This document shows positions 30,031-50,478 of a stretch of 64,000 nt of DNA, piece after piece. A program made the translations under genes and the position numbers. The notes beneath the pieces are model-generated. The model had not been told where the DNA came from. It did not search any database and saw nothing but the letters and a program-made list of their open reading frames with translations. The stretch is from the human T2T-CHM13v2.0 reference genome, Homo sapiens. The DNA is taken from NCBI RefSeq assembly GCF_009914755.1, contig NC_060937.1. One strand, given 5' to 3'. Position 1 is the stretch's first letter. Every line of letters starts with the position of its first letter.

Positions 30031-30339
30031 ATTTTAAAAATAATCTACCCAAGGAAGAATCAATAGATAGTGAAAATGACTTTATTATAATTTTTAATAA
30101 AAATTTAAATGTAGCACATTCTAATATTTACTTCTCAGTTTTCTGGTTTTGAAGGAGTATGTACCCAGAATAGGCAACATATTTTGAATTCAACTAAACT
30201 ACACAACAACTGTCATGGGTAAACCTGGAACACGGGCATAATGTAAGTATTGAATCTAGATTTCAGATACATCTCTAATAGTTTTCATTGCTTTAGCAGC
30301 TTGCACGTTTTTGGCTCAACGCTCTCTTCACATGATTAT

Positions 30340-31301
30340 CCATTTTGCCACATAGAGCTCTCATTTCATTCGTTTTAATTGCCATATGGTAAAATACATT
30401 GTATGATATAATTCACTCATAATAGCTTATTTCGGTTGTTTTCCATTTTTCTCTATTACAATCAATACACCTATAAACATTCTTGTACATGTGTGCTTAT
30501 ATATACTATGCAAAAGTTTCATCTAGACTATATAGCAAGAAGAGGAATCATGAGGTCAGATGGCATGCAAATCTTCATCACTAGATATTGTCAAGCTCCT
30601 CTTCAAAGAGGTCGGGCCAATTGCACTCCCACCAGCACACTATGAGAGTTCCACTTTCCTCATTTTCTTGAAACATTAGCTCTTATCAGACTAAATGCCA
30701 AGTTGATATTTGAGAAATGCTACCCTGCTGAAGTTTGTGAGTTTTTAAAATTTATTTGACTGCAAACGAGCTGACCATCATTCCACATGACTTCCCACCA
30801 TTAGGATATTCTTCCCATGAATTGTTTCTTTGCATCCTTTGCCAATTTCTCTGTTAGTTTGTCTTTTTCTTCTTGATTTGCAGTTCTTTGTATATTTTAG
30901 ATACAAATCTTTGTCAGTCGTGTATGTTTCACATATCTTCTCCCAGTCTGTGGCATGACTATAAAGGGTGTTTTCTGATGTCTATACAGAAAAATTTCCT
31001 GTAACATATTCAAATTTATCATCCTTTTCCTTTGTGCTTAGGGTTTTTGTGTCTTGTTGAAAAAAATATTCCCCCATTCTGGTTTCATAAATATGCTATT
31101 TTTAAATTTAAAAGTTTTTTCTCATTCAGGGATTTAATCCATCTAGAATTAATTTTTGTGTGCAGAATGAGGCCTAGATCGAATTTTAATTTTTGTGTGG
31201 AAAATTATTTATCCTAGCAGAGCACATTTGTTGAATAATCCAGTCCTTCACCACAAATTTCTAATGCTACCTCAGACATAAATTAAATTTTCATGTATAT
31301 G
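30340..31301 (-). mobile_element. Old L1ME-like fragment (continues at 37576-38800 and 40750-42000)
   Basis: Antisense ORF2-end motifs: cagttctttgtatattttagatacaaatc, ttaatccatctagaattaatttttgtg. Confidence 0.8.
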
Positions 31302-32214
31302 TGTTGTAAAGGTCCCATCAAAGAAGAGGATTTGATCAGGTGCTTTAAATAGTCTTTAATGAGGGGGACAATTTAGGGAGATAAGGGCAGGGTTAGGAAA
31401 ACAAACAGTGGTATGGGGGCAACTGGTGACTGCAGGAAGTCCTTTCCACCCTTAGCACTGAAGGGAAAAGGAGGAATTAGCGTTATTGGATCCCACTGAG
31501 AGCAGTGTATTGGAGGAGGGCTGCCTAGTGGAGCTGTAACTGCAGAGAAACAGAGCTGCTGCCTTAGAAGCAATCTCGAATCTCCTCCTACCCTCTGATT
31601 CTCTGCAGTTGCCATCCATCAGCCAAATCCAAAGTGAAGCCAGAGGTCGGGAAGGTCGGGTTGGCATTCTGTAGATTTCAGCTTCCCGTAGAGCAGGGCT
31701 AAGTAGAGGTAAGTAGAGGATAGAGAAAGTGTGTGGGAGTCACCAGCACAGTCAACTTCTTTTGCCACTCAGCATCTATTCTTGCCTTTTAGTGGATTAA
31801 AAAAAAAAAGATAAAAAAATAAAGCCCTCATTCTCCACACAGGGGATCCACATAATCCCGTCAATTACAGTATTATCAAGGGATGAGGTTAATTCAATTA
31901 TACACCCACTTGGAACCTAACTTAAAACATTAGCCTCCACCTGTCCTCTTGACAAAAGGTAATAGGAAAGGGGAGTAAAAGAGAAACCATCAATTTCCAT
32001 AAGATATCCATGGCTGCTTTTGTCCCTCCTCTGATTATTCTTTTCAATTACCCTGATTACTGTCCCTTTTGTCTCTGATTTCCAAGCAAAAACTGGCAAT
32101 CACAACTCCCTCTTTCCACCACTCATTTCCTCTTTTATCACTTTGACTACAAAGTGACCCAAAACTTCATTCTTTGGGGATCTGAGCCCTTAGTGGCCCT
32201 AATATGTTCCCCAC

Positions 32215-36735
<4,521 letters not shown>

Positions 36736-37575
36736 ATTACCACAGTTTTCCATTGAGGGAGATCACCAAACATTGTAATAAGGGGTGTGCTAGTGAATGA
36801 CCTGAGTTTCAGAGATACTGTTTCTTTTTCATGACATAACAGCAACCCCAGTCCCCTTGGTAAAAGGATCAAGCACCCTGGTAAGAAGAGTAAGCTCTGC
36901 TTTCTCTGTCTGAGGATTTAGTGTCATGAGGAACTAAAAAAGTTTAGGAGTAGTCTCAGCTTACATATTATTTGAGCCATCACCATTGGAAAAGTTTCTT
37001 CCTTGAGAACTAGGCTTTCTAAACGGTTGAGCCCCAAGTTGCAGAGACAAGAAGCAAAAGTTCTCTAAATGAGTTATTAGGTCCGAAATGAGTCTTCCTC
37101 ATTTCTGATACCAACTACATTATCAAACAGGATCCCAGCAGAAAAGAGAAATCACACAGATGATTTAAGTGAGGATATTTACAGAGGTCTGAGCAGAGTC
37201 AAGGCAATAAATAAAGGATATTGAGGCATCCATGGATTACTTAAACCAGGAAGCTATTAAAAAAAGGGAAAGAACCAAGTACCAGAACCCAATGAGAACT
37301 GGAACCATGGAGGAGAAGCTTCCCATTGGAGCTAAAGTTGTAGAGAAATTCAGCTGCAGCCAGAGAAATAGAGCTAGTGGGAAAGAAAGGAGGAAGAAAT
37401 TCCCTGCCCTTTCTCTCCTCCTGCCCTTTCATCTCCTGCTAGTGTCTCCCATTATCCGTTGTCCAAATGCAATTAGAAAGAGAGCCCAGGTGATGCCTTT
37501 CAGGAAACATAGAATATCAAAGAAAGATAGACAAGATGTTGGAGCATGGGATGTCAGAAAAATAACCAAAGAACA

Positions 37576-38800
37576 GGGATCTGTTTCTGGGTCTTCTATT
37601 TTGTTTTACTGGTCTTTTAGTGTATTTGTGGGTCAATATTATGCAGTTACATATGTACATTTTTCTAATGATCTGAAATGTCACTGTTATATTAAATTTT
37701 AACATGTGCCCATGTCTGTTTCTAGAGTCTCTATTCTGTATTGTGTATATCTGCACCAATAAACACACCTTTTTCATTATATCTCAACAGAATATTGTGA
37801 CATCTGATAAGGTGAGTCCTTCCCCTCATTGTTTTTTCATTAATTTTGTTGCTTATTTTGTTTTCAATCTGTTTTTTATTATTTCTATTTCTCTTCAAGA
37901 TTACACAGTGGATCAACTTCCAAAAATACCATAGCTATTTTTATCAGAATTTATATTGATTTATAGATAAATCACAAAGAAATTTGATATTTTCACATTA
38001 TTGAATCCTCTCAACTAGGAGCATACTATCCTTTGCATTTCTTAGATCTTCCTGTATTCTTCAATAAAGCATTACAAGTTTCTCAATATAGATCCTATGA
38101 GTTTGCACTTAGTTTAACCCTTAGTATCTTCAGTAGCTTGTGGATATTGCAAATGGACTCTATTTCTACTTCATTTACCCTCTAATTCATTCTAACCATT
38201 TATTAGTTAATGTTCCTGGGTTTTTAGATTAAGCTACCTTTTCTTCTACAAATGGAGACTACCTCCTTCTTTTATACACACACAGACACATACACACACA
38301 CATCTTAGTTCTTTTTCTTGCGCTGGAAAGACAAACAGTAAGAGTAAGACCAAGATCCATTCTCAGTTCCTGAGCTTAAAGAAATGTTAGGAATGATGTT
38401 TGCTCTATCCGTGGCTATCTTTGCACTGAGAATGTTTCTTCTCTTGCTAGTGGCTTTTTATGAAAAATGAATTGTATTGAGTTCGAATTGAATTATATCA
38501 CATATATGGTGCTCAGGGTTTTTTTTGTCATCTATCAAGATGATTTATATGGATTTTTAAATTTTCATCTCATGCAAGTTCCCTGAGATCTTGCCTATCT
38601 TTTTCACACTTTTTCCCCAATACCTAGAATAGTGCCCTCCTCACTGTAGACATTTTAGAAATATTTCCTGAATAATTATATAAATGTTAATAAAGTATTT
38701 ATTGATTGTGATTAATTTCATTGATGGAGCTGTAGTGGTGATTCATATTTGCATTCCTAGGATAAATCCTAAATGAATTATTCTTTTGATATATTGCTGG
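37576..38800 (-). mobile_element. Old L1ME-like fragments
   Basis: tctgtttctgggtcttctattttg..., ttttatcagaatttatattgatttatagataaat. Confidence 0.65.
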
Positions 38801-39008
38801 ATTTAATTTAGCACTGTGTTAATATATATTTTTTTACATTGGTGGATAAATTGTATGTATTTATCAGGTACAACATGATGTTTTAAAGTACATCTACAGT
38901 GTGGAATGACTACCTCTAGCTAATATATATGCAATACCTCACACAGTTATCATTTTTGTGGTGGGAACACTATATCCACTCCTGAGCATTTTCAAGAATT
39001 CAATACAA

Positions 39009-39309
39009 GGCCGGGCATGGGGACTCAGCCCTGTAATCCCAGTACTTTGGGAGGGTGAGGCGAGAGGATTGCTTGAGCCCAGGAGTTTGAAACCAGCCTG
39101 GGCAACATAGTGAGATGCCACCTCTACAAAAAGATCAAAAGATTAGCCAGGCGTGGTAGCACATGCCTGTGGACCCAGCTACCCAAATGGCTGAGGTAGG
39201 AGGATTTCTCAAGCCCAGGAGGTCAAGGCTGCGCTGAGCCATGATTGCACCCCTGCACTCCAGCCTGGGCAACAGAGCAAGACCCTGTCTCAAAAAAAAA
39301 AAAAAAAAA
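39009..39309 (+). mobile_element. AluJ
   Basis: ggattgcttgagcccaggag and ggtcaaggctgc; diverged TSD aagaat(t)ca(a/t)taca. Confidence 0.94.
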
Positions 39310-39729
39310 GAATCATTACAGTGCACTATTAACTATAGTCGTGTTGTACAACAGACCTCTTAACTTACTGCTCCTGTTTAACTAAAAATTTATGACCAAC
39401 ATCTCCCCAACCCACCCACCCTCTCCAATCATGCCAGCTCCTGGTAACCACCTTTCTACTCTCTACTTCTATACAATCAACATTTTTAGATTCCACATAT
39501 GAGTGATATCATAAAGTATGTGTCTTTCTGTGCCTGTCTTATTTCACTTAACATAATGTCTTCCAAGTTCATCCATGTTGTCACAAATGATAGGATTTCT
39601 TTCCTTTTAATGGCTGAATAGTATTCCATTGTATATATATACTACATTTTTTTCATTTATTCATCTGTTGATGGACAGTTAAATTGATTTCATATCTTGG
39701 CTATTGTGAATAATGCAGCAATAAAAATG

Positions 39730-40571
39730 TGTTATATATAAAGTTTCGGTGCCGCAAAAGTAATAGCACTCGAATATAAAATTTTCTTTTTAATTCTCAG
39801 CAAGGCAAGTTACTTCTATATAGAAGGGTGTGCCCTTAGAGATGGAACAATGGTGAGCGCACACTTGGACAAGGGCAGGGAAGGGGTTCTTATCCCTGAC
39901 GCACGTGGCCCCTGCTGCTGTGTCATTCCCCTATTGGCTAGGGTTAGACCACACAGGCTAAACTAATTCTGATTGGCTAATTTAAAGAGAATGATGGGGT
40001 GAGTGCTTTGGCAGGAGTCAGGGCAGAGCAGATAGCAGGTAATTGGAATGAGTTAGGATGGAGCAGGCGATTGGAATGTAGGGTAGAGAAGGTGATTAGA
40101 ATGAGTCAGGGTGGAGTAGGTAATTGAAAAAGGTTGCTGGAAACCATCATTCTCAGCAAACTATCGCAAGGACAAAAAACCAAACACCGCATGTTCTCAC
40201 TCATAGGTGGGAATTGAACAATGAGAACACTTGAACACAGGAAGGGGAACATCACACACCGGGGCCTGTTGTGGGGTGGGGGGAGGGGGGAGGGATAGCA
40301 TTAGGAGATATACCTAATGTAAATGACGAGTTAATGGGTGCAGCACACCAACATGGCACATGTATACATATGTAACAAACCTGCACGTTGTGCACATGTA
40401 CCCTAGAACTTAAAGTATAATAAAAAATATATGTATATAAAAAAGAAACTAATCTAAAATAGAAAAAAAATGTTGCTTTACAAAGAAGTTAAGTTTACAA
40501 GTAGAAGGCAAAGAATTGAACATACGGATATATTAATTCTTTGAAAAGAAATTTAGAACTCATATCTAACA
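39730..40571 (-). mobile_element. LTR10 solo LTR (ERV1, HERV-IP10; LTR10F/A-like)
   Basis: Minus strand begins TGTTAGATATGAGTTCTAAATTTC and ends TATATAACA; 4-bp TSD aatg; internal AP-1 repeat units. Confidence 0.88.
40139..40465 (+). mobile_element. Young 5'-truncated L1PA (PA3/PA4-like) inside LTR10
   Basis: Near-consensus 3' UTR with G-rich tract and ccctagaacttaaagtataat; TSD aaaaa(g/t)gttgct. Confidence 0.95.
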
Positions 40572-40749
40572 AATGGAATTACAGATAGCTCTTTGATGTA
40601 ACGATTTTACTTCCTTTGGAGATACACCAAATAGTGGGATTGCTGGATCATGTGGGAATTCTATTTTTAATTTTTTGGGGAAACTCCATGCTGTTTTCCA
40701 TAATGGCTTACGCCAATTTAGATTCTCACCAACAATCTTGGCAGTCTTC

Positions 40750-42000
<1,251 letters not shown>

Positions 42001-42249
42001 TTTCCTGTCCTATTTTTCACTTTCTCTCATAAAACATAGGGCAGGGAAAAAATAGCTTCTACTATTGAGTCCCCAGCATGTGGAACAGTGCCTTCAGTAT
42101 GCAAACTATGTGACTTACATTCAGTGCTTTGCCATCTCAATAGAAAAGCTTTTCAACATTTTCAAGTTCTTTAATTCTTTCCTGTTCCACCATGGGTGGG
42201 TTTACCTACACAGGCAAATGAACTAAGACCCAGACAATATTATTCTGTC

Positions 42250-42360
42250 ATAAGAGACTCTTTAAGGTCAGCGACTTTGTCTTATTCACCAATATATACC
42301 CCCGAACCTAGAATATTTACTGGAACATAGTAAGTGTCCATGGGATGAATGAATAAATAT
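42250..42360 (+). mobile_element. L2 3' terminus
   Basis: gactttgtcttattcacc...ggaacatagtaagtg...gaatgaataa. Confidence 0.7.
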
Positions 42361-43022
42361 TTAGCTCACCAGCATGCAGATGGGTCATTTTCAAATGGCA
42401 GAGTGTTTAAAACTTGGTTTCATTTTCAAATCATGTGTCCTCTGTTTATCTAGAATCTATTAAACAGTTTTCTTACACAGAGCAAGAAAGCTAACCTTAC
42501 CAAAGTGGAAATAATGTTCTCTTGTTACCGCCACGTCAATGGAGCTACAGAGAGTTCACCTAAGCTTCCTCATTCTTTAAAATGTTAAAGTATGCAATGC
42601 TCTCCAATCCAACTGAGGCTGACTCCTAAGTTCTGTTTTCTACATCAGATAGGAATGCCTGATAGAAAGACAGATTAGGGAACAGCCATTCACTTTAGAT
42701 GGTATTAACTATTGGTCCAGGTCACAGCTAAATTGGCTTGGCTTAGGCTGTTGGTGCATATTTAATGTGGAGATGAGTTAAATGAAGAGATTGGTCTGTC
42801 CTCTTGACCCCCTTCTCTATTCAATTCTTGTCTTCTCATCAACACCTAAAATTTGGAAGATGCTTTAATCCAAGAGCATACAAAAAGGAGCATCCATTTT
42901 TTTTCACCTATGTTCTCCAGAAGCTGAAGCCTGCTTTTTTTGTGCACATTCCTGAACTGACCCTGCTGGATCCAGAACTAGCTTGTCCCAGGCCACATGG
43001 ATATGCATTAGGAGAGCTCCTT

Positions 43023-43204
43023 AACTAGATAGCTCCTTAACACTTAAAGACTTTTCAGATAAAATTGGTAGCAACATTAACAAATGTAACTTTTGATACA
43101 TTACATATATGTGTAATGGAACACATGAGTTATAATGCATTAGTTACACAAACATGCAGGAGTAAAAGATCCATTTTAAACGTAAGACCGATCAATATAT
43201 TTCA
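43023..43204 (-). repeat. Inverted duplicate of 45374-45556 (Charlie1-derived)
   Basis: Hand alignment to the reverse complement: about 11 differences over ~182 bp. Confidence 0.95.
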
Positions 43205-43409
43205 GTATTTCACTCCAAACTCTTACAGTGTTATTTCACTCCAAACTCTTACAGTGTTCCAGGCCATATAAAGCTTTTTACAGGCCAATGGATTTGCGTG
43301 ACTTGTCAAGAAGGAATTTAGGACCCTGTATGGAGATACAGCCAAAAGTGTAGCACCTTACTCAAAACTACAAAGAGAATTGACTTTTAACCTATTATGG
43401 TGCCCTCAT

Positions 43410-43850
43410 GCTGTTGCAGATTGAGTTCCCTGAGAAGTAGACCCTAAGGGCTTTGTTGTGCAGGATTTTTACCAAGCAGAGACCTTGAAATTAACACATG
43501 AGGAGGGAGGGGAAGGAGATAGGAAAGGGCAAAGGGAGAAGTCAAGCACTGATGCAGGCCAATTGACAGCTCAGCTGACCCCACCAGGAGCTCAGGAGTT
43601 GGAATGAACTCTAGGAGTTGCCCTGAGTTACACAAAAATGGCCATGTCTTTATACACCTGCATCCATCAACCACTAGATGCAGGTCACTCTGGGAAAAAA
43701 TGCGACCTTTGGTGAGGTGGCTCTCTGCAGCTGAGACAATCCTTGAAGGGACTAATAGCTGAAAGCTGCCAGTGAGCAACACTCCCAGCAACTAGGGCAA
43801 TATGTTCTTCCTCAAAGGGGAGATCACAGCACATCTCAGTGTTCTCACAC
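43410..43850 (-). mobile_element. LTR16-family ERVL LTR
   Basis: gggcaaagggagaagtcaagcactgatgcagg...cagctgaccccaccaggagctc...gaggtggctctctgcagctgag. Confidence 0.8.
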
Positions 43851-44005
43851 ATTAGTGATCTAGACTTGAGATTCGCATCTCTCTATTTGGAAGACAGAAC
43901 AGCAGCAATCCAACTTTTTGGTCTCAAGATCCCTCTCCACTCTTAGAAACTATTGAGGACTCCAAGCAATATTTAGATAGATTATATTTACCTTTAAAAA
44001 AATTA

Positions 44006-44317
<312 letters not shown>

Positions 44318-44589
44318 TTATTAACTTATTTTAAAATAACAATAAAAATCTATTATCTACTGGAAAAAAACTATATTTTCAAAAACAAGAAAATTAATGA
44401 TAATATTGAAATTGTTTTTACATTTTTTTTGTCTATCTCTTTTTGTCTGACTTGGTGGAAGACTCCTGGATACTTTACTTCTGCATTTAATCTATTTCAA
44501 TAATTATTTTTAGTTGAAGTATGTGAAGAAAATATGTCCTCACACAGACATGTAGCTGAAAAAGGAAAATGCATTTTCATAGACTTTCA

Positions 44590-44887
44590 GGCAGAGCACA
44601 GTGGCTCGTGCCTGTAATCCCACCACTTTGGGAGGCCAAGGTGGGAGGATCACTTAAGCCCAGGAATTCAAGATCAGCCTAGGCAACATAGGGAGACCCC
44701 CGTCTCTACAAAGAATTTAAAAATTAGCCTGGCATGGTGGTGTGTTCCTGTAGTCCCAGCTACTTGGGAGGCTGAGGTGGGAGGGTCACCTGAGCCTGGG
44801 AGGTCAAGATGCAGTGAACAGATATTGTGTCACTGCACTCCAGCCTGGGCAACAGAATGAGACCTTGTCTCAAAAAATAAAATAAAA
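44590..44887 (+). mobile_element. AluJ
   Basis: ggaggatcacttaagcccaggaatt; flanks ctttcag. Confidence 0.93.
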
Positions 44888-44900
44888 GCCTTTCAGTTAA

Positions 44901-45286
<386 letters not shown>

Positions 45287-48200
45287 AGAGGTAGTTTCTT
45301 AAAAGCTAGTTGTAATGTGGAAACTGAAATCATACCAATGAACTTTACAACTTTGATCACTACTCTGTTACAGTGAAATATATGGATTGGTCTTACATTT
45401 CAAATGGATCTTTTACTCCTGCATGTTTGTGTAACTAATGCATTATAACGCATGTGTTCCATTACACAAATATGTAATGTATCAAAAAATTACATTTGCT
45501 AATGTCGCTACCAATTTTATCTGAAAAGTCTTTAAGTGTTAAGGAGCTGTCTAGTTTATGGTGGCATATACAAGTTTTCCAAAATTCTAAGTTTTGCTTG
45601 AAAGCCTGAATTTTATCATTGCAAACAAAAATTGTCAGTTGTTTTCCTTAAAGGGACATGTTCATTTTGTTTACTTTTAAGAAATATCTGCTAAATATCC
45701 AAGTCTGAGTAACTCTGGTGTATCTGTTAGTTATCCTTTCAAGTACAAATGGAAATTCATGGAAAGGGAGCTAATTCAGCTCACAAGGCAAACCATCCCA
45801 CCAGTTCTTTTCCCTGAAATGTCCATGGTACTTTGTTATGCCAGCAGTGTTTTTTGAATACTTCCCACTTCAACAGTAGAATACTAAAGAGGTATACTTA
45901 GAACGGATACTTAGTAATATTTGTAATTTCTACTGCTTCATCAAAGACATCCTGTGAGTGACTGACAGTGAAAAACACAATGACCACCGCCAGAGCAGGC
46001 ACCACTGCCTTTCTTGGTGTTGCAACACCACCACTTTGTCCCAGCATGGCTTTTGCACAGTCAGTGCAAACATCAACACAGTGCAAAAGACAAATAATGT
46101 CTTACTATGGTTATGTCAATAATTTTGACTACGGGACTTCAGAGAAGATCTCAGTGAACCCCCAGCAATTCAGACCATGCTTTGATAACAGCTGAGAGAG
46201 AGTATCCAAAACCCAACACAAGAAGGCTATTTGTGAAAAAATCATTATGATAAACTGGGCACCTAGATTAAGAGTCCAGTGGTTCTGTATTTCTTTGCTG
46301 CTGTCCCTGAAAAATGGGTTAAAATTATGTGAATAAGTGTCCAGGGTAATACATTGTTTTTCTTCTCTCAAAAAGAGGATGCCTTTGGGGGTTTCCCCTA
46401 GAAAGTTCTAGAGTGTTTGAGACCCTCTTCTAGAAGCACAGGATGATGTCCAGTGCCGTGAGATCTCAGCAGAAAATAATGGAAATGCTGCCATTTGTGC
46501 TAAGTTATTAGACCTACAGAAATCCTTAGAACCTGAGACTCAACATAATTGAAATCTGAGGGGAAAAGAGGAGAAGGCAAAGAGTTTTACCAGCTATTTT
46601 GGTCTTTAGCAAAATAATGTTAGGCCTTTGCTCTCTAAATCTAAATATGGTAGTCTGGGGTCTAACAACCTCAAAAAAAATTTTCATTAATGTGTTATAA
46701 GAAGGAATTTATAGCTGCTATAATGAAATAGAAAGCAGCCAGAAATAAATTCCTTTAATAAAGGAAATTGAGTATGCTGTATATATCCCTAGATATTCCA
46801 TTTAAAATATGTCACCATCTTAATCTAGTTACCTAGTAGTAAGGCAATTACATGATAAAGATTTAGAGTTGATGTAAATTTAGGGTTCAATTGTGATCTT
46901 GGATGCTTTTAACAAAATACTTCTTGTGGGAAAGCAAGCCCCTTGGCAATCTTTGCATTGTTGTGTTCAATTAAGTGACAATTTATTCTGGTTTTGTTTT
47001 TAATGGGACTCATCTTTTACTGTCATTACTAGTCCACCAGCAAGAACACTTCAGTGTTCTATTTTTCTCTTTAGAACAGAATCTGAAACATTGGAGTTTG
47101 CTTTTCTATTAAAGAAAAAGCTTGTGACTTATGGAAAGCCAGCTCCATCTAGCTTTCCTTCTTATTCCATGTCTCTGTCTATGTTCCATCAACATAAAAT
47201 AATGGGTATAAGCTATTATCAAAGTACAGTTTCTTCTAAAATGGATCCTTGCCAAATGGACAGATTGGTGGCCTCATGTATAAATGTTCTTTTAAAGATA
47301 TTCGTACATATCCATTTGTTTCTATCATATTTTTCTCCATTTTGTCTTCCAAGAAAATAAATGGAGTTGGTTATTCTGAGGAAAAACTAAGATCTGCGTT
47401 ATATTAAAACTACCTCACACAAACACACACTTCACTTCCTTTATTACATTTGAAATCTAGGTCTAACATTTTATGAAGGTTAAAAGGCAACCAGATTAAC
47501 TGTTCAAATAATATTACACTTGAGGTTGTTTATTATGTGCATATAAGTTTTTATCAAAATATGCTAAAACAGTTTTCCTGAGACTTCTGAAGGAATAGTC
47601 TTCAGTCTTCCTTGTTGAAATCAATCTAAAAATATTTAGCATTGTGTAAATCTCGTAATAGCCACATGCATCTTTATTAGGTCATGCCAATATTAAAGAG
47701 ATTAACAAGAAAAAAATTCAGTCCTTGTAGCATGTATTTCCTACGTTGTTACTATTAAATTATTCTGAAATTTGGAAAATTAATAAATAAACCCTGTAGT
47801 GAATCTACGCTCTTGGGTGAGGTTAAGAATTTACATGTCACCACAATTTTATCACTAAAGAGATGAGCTAACATCTTTATTAATTCACTTAAAACCATTA
47901 TTTCACTTCAAAGAGCTCTACATACATTTCAAAATATGTTGCTTTAACACATTTTCAGTACATTTTCATCAATATTTTATTTTGCTATCACCCAGCCTTA
48001 CCCCTCATCACAAATAATAAAGCAGGGTAGCCAGGCAGTTTAACACAGCTTGAATTCAGCAACCGCCTTCCACTACTATCTTAATTCAAATACCAAAATA
48101 CACTCCAAGGGACAAAAGAAGTTATCTGCAGTCAGAAAACATGACTCTGTAAATCGCTCAGAGTTTATAAAAGCTCCAACCACACTCACTGTATATGATT

Positions 48201-48689
48201 TCTTAGATTCCATGTTCTATTTGGCTCAAAACCTATATTTGTACAGATAACATTGCTATTCATGAAGAGTAAAAAGGAGGCTGTCACAAGTGGAAATCCA
48301 CTTAAACTGCCTTTCTGTTGAGGTTGAATGCTGCCCATCAACTCATTCATTCATCCACACAATACAATTATGAGAGTGCGCTATACACACAGTGTTCTGC
48401 AGTGCTCTATCCTCAGACTCTTAAAAGAAAATACATCCTAAGTTCTCCCACCCACAGGCATTGTACAGGCAATGTAAAGAGTGACGACAAGCCTTACATT
48501 TCTGCCATTAGTTCTCTTCAGGGTTAAGACCTATGCCTTTGCTAAAAGACAGTGATAGCCATTAAATACCATAGCATGATTTTGATTATCAGAAAAACCA
48601 GCAGAAAGAGATGCACCATGGAACAGAAGTCAGGACTCATAACTCTCAGCAGCATGACAGAGCACCAGGCAAAATATAAAGTAAGTGAA

Positions 48690-48930
48690 TTTCATGGGGA
48701 GTACTTAGAACAGCAGAGAGAGCAGGTGTCTGGAGTCAAGGACATGTGTTGACTGCTAGCATCACTGTCACTAGCTGTATGATGATGAGTAATGCATTTC
48801 ATTTCACTGACTTTCTGTTTCTTCACAGACAAACTGGAAATAATAAAATACTCCTGAAAGGGCTGATGCAAAAATTAGTATGTGGAAGTGCAAGGCACAG
48901 AGAAGACACTCAAAACGTTGTAGCTGCTTT
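48690..48930 (+). mobile_element. MIR
   Basis: tctggagtcaaggac...tcactagctgtatgatgatgag...tctgtttcttcac. Confidence 0.65.
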
Positions 48931-49249
48931 TCCATCCTTTCTTTGAGATGAACATTAGTGTGAAGCAGAGGGCTGCCAGGAACTTTACATGTCATGGAGG
49001 GGGAAGGGATAAATTTGGGTAATCTAAATTCTATAAGCTTAAGGGTCTGAAAACCAACTTCAAATTTGCCTAGCACTAGGATATGCCCTATCTTGGGTCC
49101 CAAAGTCAAAGACTGTTTTGGTCAAGCACACAAAAAAAGGACTTTACAGACGATTTTGATTAAGAGCTCTAAGTATTTACAATCTACACCCCAGGTATTC
49201 CCAAACTCCATTTGAGCCTCAAAAATGTTTTTAGTGGGGCAGAGGAGGG

Positions 49250-49511
49250 TGAGACAATATCTTGCTCTGTTGCCCCGGCTGGTTACAATCTCAGCTCACT
49301 GCAATCTACGCCTCCTGGGCTCAGACGATCCTCCAACTTCAGCCTTCCAAGTAGCTGGGACTACAGGCATATGCCACCATGCCCAGCTAATTTTTGGTTT
49401 TGTTAATTGTTTGTTTTTGTTTGTTTGTTTGTTTTTTGTTTTCGCCATGTTGCCCAGGCTGGTCTCGACCTCCTAGGGTCAAGCAACCCATCCACCTTGG
49501 CCTCCCAAAGT
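49250..49511 (-). mobile_element. Truncated AluJ with expanded middle A-rich linker
   Basis: ctcctgggctcagacgatcctcc; (TTTG)n linker; both ends truncated. Confidence 0.88.
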
Positions 49512-50170
49512 CAAAATATGCTCTTACCAAGTCGAATTTCTCCTTGGTAGGCAGGACACTGCCAAACTTACCTTTTATGCTTTTTCCTTCTTCCATGTTT
49601 TCTCTCATCACAACTTTTTTATTTATCACCTTCTAAACAACACATCTTCAAATGATTCCTATTATCATAGAGCCACCACTTTTGTTTATACAAAATATAA
49701 GCATTCCCCCTCTTTAAGTTTCAGGATCCTTTAAGAAGAGATTTTAAAGAACCAATTAAACATGCTATAACTGAAAATGTTTCAAAATGAAATTCTAAGC
49801 ATTGTCCAAATGAACTACATCCCAAACTTTCACAAAACACAGTAGACTACAAACCATCTCCTCTCTCCTTATATTGGTCTTTGTTTATAAGATTACTAGT
49901 ATAGAACCTTACACAGAGTAGAAACAACCTCTATACATTGTATAAATATGGGCAAATTAGCCAAACCTCAAGGTTCTAAGGCCTTTGGTTCATTTGTTTC
50001 ATATAGCCCATGGACCCAAAGTGGTGGGACTGATTTCCACAGAGAAATCTATCACAGGACAGCAACATACATTGTTCTCTTCCATTCTTGAATTTGACAA
50101 ATGTAAGTAATGTTATAACTGACTCTTTCTAGAATTAACAGTGACATTTTTTGTTTATAAATTAAATTAC

Positions 50171-50478
<308 letters not shown>

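Larger units (their letters stand above)
38828..40740 (-). mobile_element. L1MA 3' end hosting Alu and LTR10
   Basis: ggtacaacatgatgtttt...acctcacacagttatcatttttgtggtg; continuous across the LTR TSD. Confidence 0.88.

Noticed and set aside
37232-37702. 156-aa ORF
   Set aside because: Spans an LTR/L1 junction with no recognisable domain
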